Source of the DNA: an uncultured Candidatus Saccharibacteria bacterium
GTDB lineage: Bacteria; Patescibacteriota; Dojkabacteria; CAZCSM01
Direction: 5' to 3'
DNA: 32,000 bases
Assembly (NCBI GenBank): GCA_964501355.1
Contig: CAZCSM010000011.1
Coordinates: 1 to 32,000, forward strand
The notes below the pieces were generated by a model. That model was not told where the DNA came from, did no database searches, and saw only the letters and a list, made by a program, of their open reading frames with translations. Made by a program: the position numbers and the translations under genes. Of this stretch, positions 1-7,600 are shown one piece after another (within the stretch, counting starts at the first letter, position 1; every line of letters starts with the position of its first letter).

Positions 1-150
1 GCTTCCAAAGATATTCTACTACCTTTGGTCAACTGGTTCAGTATATTAGGGGAAACCAAACACCTTAAATCAATGATGTTCTTTTTGAATTTTTATCTGT
101 CATTTTTCATTTTGAGACTTGAATTTTGATTTTGTCAAACCCACCTCAAT

Positions 151-172
151 CCTCCCTTGAACTCAAGGGAGG
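151..172. repeat. GC-rich hairpin CCTCCCTT-GAACTC-AAGGGAGG
   Basis: Perfect 8-bp inverted repeat with a 6-nt loop in AT-rich intergenic DNA. Loop and stem size resemble the GC-rich hairpins at 1899, 2991, 19317 and 26448. Confidence 0.6.
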
Positions 173-239
173 AAGTTCATAATTGCTGGTTCCTGGCTGT
201 TTTCAAAGAAAACACTTGGAACCCTTTTTGCACTTCGTC

Positions 240-260
240 CTTTGTCTTTTGTCATTTGTC
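240..260 (+). repeat. Three tandem heptads (TTTGTC core) ending in GTCATTTGTCCC box
   Basis: cTTTGTC TTTTGTC ATTTGTC read directly. The 12-nt box GTCATTTGTCCC (251-262) recurs exactly at 14640-14651, after four similar heptads. Confidence 0.7.
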
Positions 261-268
261 CCATAATA

Positions 269-301
269 TTGACAGTAAGTAAGTAAGTAAGTAAGTAAAA
301 T
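269..301 (+). promoter_or_regulatory. Candidate sigma70-type promoter with a microsatellite spacer
   Basis: -35 TTGACA (269-274) and -10 TAAAAT (296-301) are separated by 21 nt made entirely of GTAA units. It lies 31 nt upstream of the ATG at 332. Confidence 0.4.
275..298. repeat. (GTAA)x6 tetranucleotide microsatellite
   Basis: Six perfect GTAA units read directly. Confidence 0.95.
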
Positions 302-331
302 ACAGATACTTTAATTAAGAAAGTGGATAAA

Positions 332-812
332 ATGACACCGCAGCCTCCAACACGAGAATCAGAACCAAATGTTTTAACACTAGACCAAATAGAAAATGCA
401 CTAATTACAACTGACGAAGTATTACCTGAAAAAAAAAGGTGTTAGAACAGACACCTTTGCAGGGTATACTGAACCCGAATTATTAATATCTGATATTTTA
501 CAATTTGACCCTCGTTTAGGTGTAACAGAATACGATATGTCTACAGCAGCTTTCCTACAAAGTGTAGGTTTAGATGATTATATACAACCGTTTTACACAC
601 AACTTGAAACAGAAACAGGTGGTAAAGAAGCCACGAGATTACAACGTACATTAGCCCTCGTAAATGCAGTAGTTGCACCAACAGTAAGTGTCGAAGAGCG
701 ATATCACCCAGCAACAAGAATTATGAAAGGCGTTGTTGATATAGTTAACCAGTCTCAAGAAGAACCCTATCAATTTACACAGGCTTTCATAGAAGCAGTT
801 GCTCGCAGCTAA
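332..812 (+). CDS. Hypothetical protein with reading frame split at an A9 homopolymer
   Basis: The ATG at 332 opens a frame that stops at TAG 443-445. The frame of track ORF 537..812 is already open from 405. The two frames overlap across the A9 run at 429-437, and removing one A fuses them into about 160 aa. No recognisable family. Confidence 0.5.
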
Positions 813-832
813 CATCTTACAAAAGTATGTGA

Positions 833-858
833 AAGTCACCCGCCTCGGGTGACTTTTT
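833..858 (+). terminator. Rho-independent terminator
   Basis: 9-bp stem AAGTCACCC/GGGTGACTT with a 5-nt loop, followed by a T run, 21 nt after the stop at 812. Confidence 0.8.
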
Positions 859-872
859 CTATCTCATCTTTA

Positions 873-898
873 TAGGGAACAAAAATTTTTGTTCCCTA
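873..898. repeat. Perfect 26-nt palindrome TAGGGAACAAAAA|TTTTTGTTCCCTA
   Basis: The two 13-nt halves are exact reverse complements. It sits between the terminator at 833-858 and the sortase promoter region. Confidence 0.9.
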
Positions 899-984
899 CG
901 TTTCCAACCCCTTCTTTGTCTAACATTTTTCACAACGTTGTAACTATGTTTTATCTACGTTCCAACAACGTTTCATCAATATCC

Positions 985-1013
985 TTGTACGAACAACTAC
1001 ATTCTCATATACT
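985..1013 (+). promoter_or_regulatory. Candidate promoter of the sortase gene
   Basis: -35 TTGTAC (985-990), 17-nt spacer, -10 TATACT (1008-1013). Confidence 0.35.
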
Positions 1014-1032
1014 GGTATAAACAAAACCCATT

Positions 1033-1884
1033 TTGATTATTAATATGCCAGAAATTTATAAAAAAGCTCCAATTCAATACTACGAAAAGCCGATTGTTCA
1101 CAAGACGGAACCAAAGCAATTGCGAAGGAAAACCAAACTGAATTACAAGAATTTTTCGATTTACGTTATTCCAACGATATTATTCGGAATAGGCTCATAT
1201 ATTCTAATCTCTCAGATAATTCCGACTGCGAAGTTTTTGGTTGAACAAAAGTTTTCGCCCAAATATGCAGAGATAGCAAGTCCCGTTCCTGAAAACAGTT
1301 CACTTGCAATCGAGAATGTTGCATTAAGCGGGAAGTTTGAAGCGCAGTATTTTTTTGATCTTTTCGAAGCATTAAACAAAAAAGAAGGAAATGTTGCAGG
1401 AGCAAGAGCTCCATACAAATCAGAATGGATAGGCTTTTTCACAATTTCTATCCCAAGTGTCGGAGTTGATAAAATGAGAGTGACAGCAAATGTTGACTCT
1501 TACGAAGAATCGGTTTATGGAGAAGTGCTGAAAAACTCTCTTGCACATTTTAAGGGAACGGATTTACCGGCAAACGATGAGTATGATGCCGATACGAATA
1601 CATTCATATACGGCCATAGCGCGCCAAGTAGTTGGGCAAGCTTACATAAGAATTCGTTTGAAGCCGCATTTAATCCTCTATTTGACCTTAATATTGGTGA
1701 CAAAATAATTGTAAATTTCCAAGGGGAAGAACTCAGCTATACAGTAGCAAGAATAAAGGTTACAAAACCGGATGATATGAATGCATTGCAAGGAATCGAA
1801 GGCCGGAAGATTTTAACATTAATGACGTGTGCCCCACCAGGGTCCTCAACAAATAGATTAAATATTATCGCAACGTTGGACTAA
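1033..1884 (+). CDS. Sortase family transpeptidase, membrane anchored
   Basis: N-terminal TM segment (FSIYVIPTILFGIGSYILISQII). Catalytic His in IYGHSAP, signature Cys in LTLMTC, and downstream Arg in STNRLNI. The track start is TTG; the ATG at 1045 (MPEIYKK) is a likely alternative. Confidence 0.85.
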   Translation: MIINMPEIYKKAPIQYYEKPIVHKTEPKQLRRKTKLNYKNFSIYVIPTILFGIGSYILISQIIPTAKFLVEQKFSPKYAEIASPVPENSSLAIENVALSGKFEAQYFFDLFEALNKKEGNVAGARAPYKSEWIGFFTISIPSVGVDKMRVTANVDSYEESVYGEVLKNSLAHFKGTDLPANDEYDADTNTFIYGHSAPSSWASLHKNSFEAAFNPLFDLNIGDKIIVNFQGEELSYTVARIKVTKPDDMNALQGIEGRKILTLMTCAPPGSSTNRLNIIATLD

Positions 1885-1898
1885 TTCAAGATTCTCAG

Positions 1899-1948
1899 GT
1901 GTCATGCTGAGCGAACTCCGATGTTAATCGGAGGAAGTCGAAGCATCT
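1899..1948 (+). repeat. Composite GC-rich palindromic element (GTCAT...ATC family)
   Basis: Outer arms GTCATGCT...AGCATC enclose a 7-bp hairpin CTCCGAT-GTTA-ATCGGAG (1916-1933). It lies 15 nt after the sortase stop. Confidence 0.6.
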
Positions 1949-2009
1949 AGCGTAGCGGTTTTCATATATTCCGAGAAACCAGAATTCTTTATCTTCACAT
2001 CAATTTATT

Positions 2010-2711
2010 TTGGAAATGCTTAAAATAACAATCCTCACCCTACTCTTCAATCTAATCGCAAATTGGATACAGTTCTACTATCTGGGAAAGAATCTGTTAA
2101 ATCCGACGCAAAGGAAAGCTCTACATAATCTCGAGGATGAAAGCCTGAGGAAGAGAGTTAATGACGTAACGGGCTTGGATTTAAAGATAAGAATAATGGA
2201 TGAGAATTTAAAGGCGATTGGATTTATGATGACAAGTCCTCCATTCGCGCCAGTTATGATCTTTTCGAAAAAACTCATTTCACTATTTAATGAGAGTGAG
2301 CTGGAATGGGTTATTTTGCACGAGGCGGGACATTATTTAATGAGTCATAATCTAAAATTAATCATACTAGACCTAATCCTCTCCATAACTAACGCAATAC
2401 TTATTTTCAAGTTTAATTTACCAATATTGACGGCTCTTGTTTATACGGCTTGTTTGGCATTAGCGCAAATCCAAATTGCAAAGATTTTTGAATATCAAGC
2501 AGATCGATTTGCTGCCTCGAAAATGACGAATCCACAGGGAATGATTACTGGAAACAAGAAGATGAGAATGGAAAACAAAACTTTTTCAAAATCGAAGTTT
2601 CTCCGAAAGTTGCTTGTAATCGCAGTACCTTATGAAAAACGTATTGAGATGGCAAAAAAAGAAATAATGAAAAGAAAAAACTCATTATTTGCTATGGCTG
2701 ATTCAGAATAA
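2010..2711 (+). CDS. M48/HtpX-like zinc metalloprotease, membrane protein
   Basis: HExxH in VILHEAGHYLMSH plus a downstream EYQADRFA third-ligand motif. Several hydrophobic helices. TTG start at 2010 or ATG at 2016. Confidence 0.7.
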   Translation: MEMLKITILTLLFNLIANWIQFYYLGKNLLNPTQRKALHNLEDESLRKRVNDVTGLDLKIRIMDENLKAIGFMMTSPPFAPVMIFSKKLISLFNESELEWVILHEAGHYLMSHNLKLIILDLILSITNAILIFKFNLPILTALVYTACLALAQIQIAKIFEYQADRFAASKMTNPQGMITGNKKMRMENKTFSKSKFLRKLLVIAVPYEKRIEMAKKEIMKRKNSLFAMADSE

Positions 2712-2720
2712 GAATTCTCT

Positions 2721-2854
2721 CACTTTATCTGTATGGGGTTGATTAATCTTTGGGGTCTGGGACAACCTGTTCCGGTAGTTATCTGTATTAGGTTGCTATT
2801 TCTCGGAATTAGGTTGTCCCGGAAATTTTGGTTACTTTTGTTTGCAAAAGTAAC
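2721..2854 (+). repeat. Structured intergenic repeat, copy A
   Basis: 5' box ATCTGTATGGGGTTG...GGGGTCTG. Helix P1 2756-2768/2811-2823 and hairpin P2 2831-2840/2845-2854. Near-identical to 20373-20509 and homologous to 13255-13391 and 12571-12713. Confidence 0.85.
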
Positions 2855-2990
2855 ATGATTCCATTTTTCACTTCTCTAACTTAACAACTACAACTTGCTA
2901 TCTTCTACAAAACATTAACCTGTTAAATCCAATACCTCAAACATACATGCCAAATATCACTAGTGGTTTATATGAATTAATTAATACTGA

Positions 2991-3016
2991 GATCCCGCAA
3001 TAAATGCGGGATGACA
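2991..3016 (-). repeat. GC-rich palindromic element (GTCAT-hairpin-ATC family), minus orientation
   Basis: The reverse complement reads ATGTCATCCCGCATTTATTGCGGGATC. It lies about 30 nt downstream of the minus-strand DUF3006 gene and could also act as its terminator hairpin. Confidence 0.6.
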
Positions 3017-3044
3017 TAAACACATCCGAGATGACTCTCTCCTT

Positions 3045-3278
3045 CTAATTCCTAAAAATCTTTTTCAACAATTCTCTCGCCTCATTTCGTCTATTTTCCG
3101 TTAACCTTCGCAATATCTGAAAAGTTTCCAAATCGACGACATCACCCTCTCGCAAATTACTTGGAAATAATGAGATCGGTTTAATCAGACTTTTATTTCC
3201 TATAACAATAACCACATTATTCCCTTCTATTCTATCGACTATTGCAGCATTCATAATTACACCTTGAATTAAAACCAT
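3045..3278 (-). CDS. DUF3006-like small protein
   Basis: AIVDRIEGNNVVIV ... LREGDVVDL followed by a basic helical tail, the pattern I associate with DUF3006. The ATG at 3254 (MNAAIVDRIEG) may be the true start. Confidence 0.6.
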   Translation of the reverse strand: MVLIQGVIMNAAIVDRIEGNNVVIVIGNKSLIKPISLFPSNLREGDVVDLETFQILRRLTENRRNEARELLKKIFRN

Positions 3279-3328
3279 TATATTGATAAATTGGTATTTG
3301 AGACTACATATATTATAACTGCAAGCTC

Positions 3329-4642
3329 ATGAAAAAGTACATGAAAAAACTCTTATTGGCCGCAACGGTGATACTTCTCGCTATACCACTTGCCGGATGC
3401 AAGCTACCTTGGCAAAAGGATGAAACAGAGGATGATGCTCCTGTTTCTCTTGTATACTGGGGAATTTGGGAACCGGAATCGGTAATGCAGGACGTAATTG
3501 CAAAATACCAATCATTACACCCGAATGTAACGATTGAATATACAAGAAGACCATACTCAGACGGTCTTTATAAAGAGCAATTACTAGAAAGGCTTGCTGA
3601 TCCGGATCCGAACAAAGCTCCTCATATTATGAGAATTCATAACACATGGCTTCCTCAATTCAAGAGTGAGCTTGCTCCAATTCCAGCTGACATTATGACA
3701 GAAAGTGAATACTCACAGACTTTCTATAATACCGCATTGAGAGATTTCAAGGCAGATGGAAGCCTTTATGGAATACCTCTTGAAGTAGATACTCTTGGAC
3801 TTTTCTATAATAAAGATCTATTTGCCCAGGAAGGTTTCACTACTCCACCAACAGACTGGGATCGATTTATTGAATATGCACAAAAGTTAACCAAATATGA
3901 TCCGGAAAATGAAGATAGAATTCTGCAAGCAGGTGCAGCTATGGGCGCAAGTTCAAACGTACTGCATTCTGCAGAAATTCTTTCATTATTAATGTTACAA
4001 AGTGACATAGAGATGACTAACGACGAAAGAACCCAAGCAACATTTGACATCAGTAATAATGAACAGGGAGCAACAGTTGCTGAATATTACACAAATTTCA
4101 TTGAGAGATATCATGTTTGGGGAACGGAACTTCCGAATTCTCTCGACATGTTTATCCAAGGAAAACTCGCAATGATGATTGCTCCAAGCTGGAGGGTTTT
4201 TGATATCCTTGATGCGAAACCAAATTTCGAATTTGATACAGCACCTGTACCTCAAATCACACTTGGAACAGAAGTAAACTATGCAACATATTGGGGAGAA
4301 GTTGTTTCAAAGGATTCTCCAAACACGAAAGTTGCATGGGATTTTGTGAGATTCTTGGCAGAACAGGAACAACTTAGAACAATGTATGATGCAGAATCTG
4401 ATTTGCGACCATTCGGAGAACCCTACTCTCGAAAAGACATGAGAGATGAAATCAAGAATGCACCATATGTCGGACCATTTGTAAATATGGCGCAAACTGC
4501 AGGAAGCTGGTACATGGGAAATGACGATGTAGCAACAAAAGCGCTAGATGATATGATCACGAATATTCTTAACGGGAAAGCCGCAGATTCTCAAATTAAA
4601 ACAGCAGCAGAAACTGTTACATTGGAATTAGAAAAGTTGTAG
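3329..4642 (+). CDS. ABC-transporter-type extracellular solute-binding lipoprotein (family 1, sugar-type)
   Basis: Signal peptide with lipobox LAGC (LLAIPLAGC). Length and motifs (VYWGIWEPE, TPPTDWDRF, MIAPSW) fit family-1 SBPs. No permease or ATPase gene is adjacent. Confidence 0.75.
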   Translation: MKKYMKKLLLAATVILLAIPLAGCKLPWQKDETEDDAPVSLVYWGIWEPESVMQDVIAKYQSLHPNVTIEYTRRPYSDGLYKEQLLERLADPDPNKAPHIMRIHNTWLPQFKSELAPIPADIMTESEYSQTFYNTALRDFKADGSLYGIPLEVDTLGLFYNKDLFAQEGFTTPPTDWDRFIEYAQKLTKYDPENEDRILQAGAAMGASSNVLHSAEILSLLMLQSDIEMTNDERTQATFDISNNEQGATVAEYYTNFIERYHVWGTELPNSLDMFIQGKLAMMIAPSWRVFDILDAKPNFEFDTAPVPQITLGTEVNYATYWGEVVSKDSPNTKVAWDFVRFLAEQEQLRTMYDAESDLRPFGEPYSRKDMRDEIKNAPYVGPFVNMAQTAGSWYMGNDDVATKALDDMITNILNGKAADSQIKTAAETVTLELEKL

Positions 4643-4655
4643 TAATAAACAAAGA

Positions 4656-7600
4656 GTGAAGAACAAAGTCGACATTTTTACGGTAAACAGAAAAACGAAA
4701 GCACCCGAGAAGAGGGTCAACCATAATAAACAAATGTTTATGATGATTGGCTTATTGGGATTAGTGATTGCTATTCCTCTTCTCGTCTTTACACTTCTTC
4801 AACCGGAGGGTGCATTTGAAACTAGGAGAGAAGCTGCAGAAAGCACTCAATTCTATGGACTTCTCAAGCTAACTTCCGAAATACCGCTGCAAATGATCCC
4901 CGAAGGGTTCATCGGTGATGATTACTATTATTTTGCAAAAACAGATAAAAAGCCGGTAAACTTTGGCACCTCGGAACTTTCACCAAAATATTTAGTTGCA
5001 GCCAAAACAAACATCGATGACTTACTGCTAAATGCACACTACGATACATTATCCAGTTCGCAGACTTACTCTATCCAAAATGTAACGACAACCCCAATTA
5101 CGGGTTCTGCGACAACACAACTTATTGTAACCGATGAGGGTTCTCTAATTGAAGAAATCAGTAACCAAATTCCAGGCGTCTCCGCAGTAGGGACGTTGCC
5201 AACGGAAGTGAAAGCAGGACAACCATTCTCTCTCAATTATAGAATTGAAGATCAGAACTCAGCAAAAGGAGATCTTATTCAGAAGTATTCAGTCACTCGT
5301 GGGTATAAAGGAGGCGGTTTTGTCTCAGATGATAACTGGGACGTCACCACTACACCAAATTATCAAACGACGTTTAATGTGACATCCCCTCTTTCCGTGA
5401 CAATCGGAGGAACACCGCCGGAATCAGCTATCGGGAAAACATTGGAACTGGGGGTTGCAGGAGTAGAATTAATTGGGAGCTATGGTGAGAAAAAGATTGA
5501 AGTCGCGATTAAAGAGAATGCCGCACCGGAAATTCAGGATATTGTTTATTATGAAAATAATGGGATAAATCCAAACTCCGTAGAGCATGTTTATCGACTT
5601 ATTTATGGGACAAAGGATTCTGTTTCTGGAAAAGTTGAAGTCCTTGCGTCAGACTCGGACGATACAAATTTAACATATACATTTGGGACATTACCTACAA
5701 GATTTAAAAATGTAAGGACAGAAAATAACGCTATTCTCTTTGATATCAGTTGGGATAACTTTGATGGGACCGAAGTATTTGAGACGGAAGTAACAGTTAC
5801 AGATGGATACAAAAGCGTAAATAAGAAAATCCCAATTGCAGTAAGTAAAAAATATACTCTTCACGACCCTGCCCTTTGCCCACCGGTTCCAGGAGTAGTT
5901 TGTGAAGACTGGTCAGCAGATTTTAATTACACAGTAAAGACTAATTCATATCAAGTTACTTTTACACGACCTGATAATCTTATACCATCAAATAATAGCA
6001 TCGAAACATTCTGGTGGATATTTGATGACGGACTCGAAACATATGGGGACGAAACAGTAACACACACATATCCTCGCTCAGGTTCCTATGACGTAACATT
6101 AGTTATTATGGATTCTTCTGAGACAGGAGTATTCATGACAAAAAGCATTACAGTCAATCCAATTGGGAATTTAAAACCACCACAAGCATCCTTTATTGCA
6201 ATTCCGCAGGTTGGGAATGCACCACTTACAGTAAGAGTAAACCCGGAGGGTTCTTCAGATGCAGACGGAACAATTACAAAATACGAATGGAACTTTGGAG
6301 ATGGTCAGAGCCAGGAACATAATAGTGCGATAGCATTTGAACATACATTTAATACAGCAGGACTGTATACAATAACACTGACCGTTACTGATAACGATGG
6401 ACTAACAGCACAACAGACGTCGAAGATTACAGTTGGATCAAATACAGCACCCGTCGTATTCATCACGAAACCAAATCAGGGAACGTACGGAGGAACCGCA
6501 AGCAATCCTGGGAATAGGATAACGTGGTCGGTTGCTGATGCAGAAAATAACTCTCCCCTTCTCTATAATCTTTACTTGGTCAAATCACAAGCCGGAGGAA
6601 CATGTACTAGCGAAGCTACAAATACAGCACCAAACTATTTATTATCTTCAGGAAATATCAATTACTCCGCAGGACAATATCTTCCATCTGTATTTGAATG
6701 GGATACATCAACATCAAGATCCGGAAGCATTGTAGACGGGTATTATTGCGTAAAGATAAATGTAATTGATGACACATATGGTCAGCTTTCTGCTGATTAC
6801 TCTGACAACCCTATTGAAATAATCAATGCTCAACATACGCCATACGTTACAACAGAATATTTACCGGATGCGGTAAAAGATCAGTATTACTCCACGCAAG
6901 TTAACGCTTACGATGAAGACGGTGATTCCCTGACATTTGCACTTGGCAAAGGTCCGAACTGGGTTGAGGTTACAAATGCAGGAGAGATAAAAGGCACACC
7001 AAATGCAAGCGGACCTCAAACGATAATTATTACAGTTACAGATGGAAGAACTCGAACAATTAAAGTTTATACACTAAATGTGAAAGCTATCGAAGGACAG
7101 ATTCTACCAGCTGTAACGGTTGCGACAAATATTGAAGTATTCGTCGGAAGCACAGGAATAATCAACTGGACTATGGAAAATGGCGATGATGTATCAAGTC
7201 TGGACTTACAATATTCAACCGATGGAGAAAATTGGAACAACATAGCAAGCGGTTTATCGAAAGATATAAATGAATACAACTGGGATGTTTCAGAATTAGA
7301 GGCCGGAGTTTATCAAATACGAATCCTTTATTATGATTCAGAGGATAATACATTGGGTGCAAGCTCAGTCAAAGAGATCGAGATTGCACAACCTGAAGCA
7401 CAAAATGAAAGCGAGCCAATTGTATATGGGATGAAACCTACCGATGGAGAGAAAGTAACAGATAAGACACCAAAGATTTCTGCAAACTTTAAGGCAGGAT
7501 TTGGTAGTAAAGTTATGTTAGAAAGCGTAAGAGTTTACCTAGATAATAAACAAATTCAAAATAACGATGGATTTGAAGTATTTGATGGCGGATTCGCATA

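Noticed and set aside
1-129. Possible 3' end of a gene entering from the left edge. Frame 1 is open to TGA at 127-129, and frame 3 is open to TAA at 66-68.
   Set aside because: Two frames are equally open, the fragment is too short and T-rich to assign, and no motif is recognisable. It is left unannotated.
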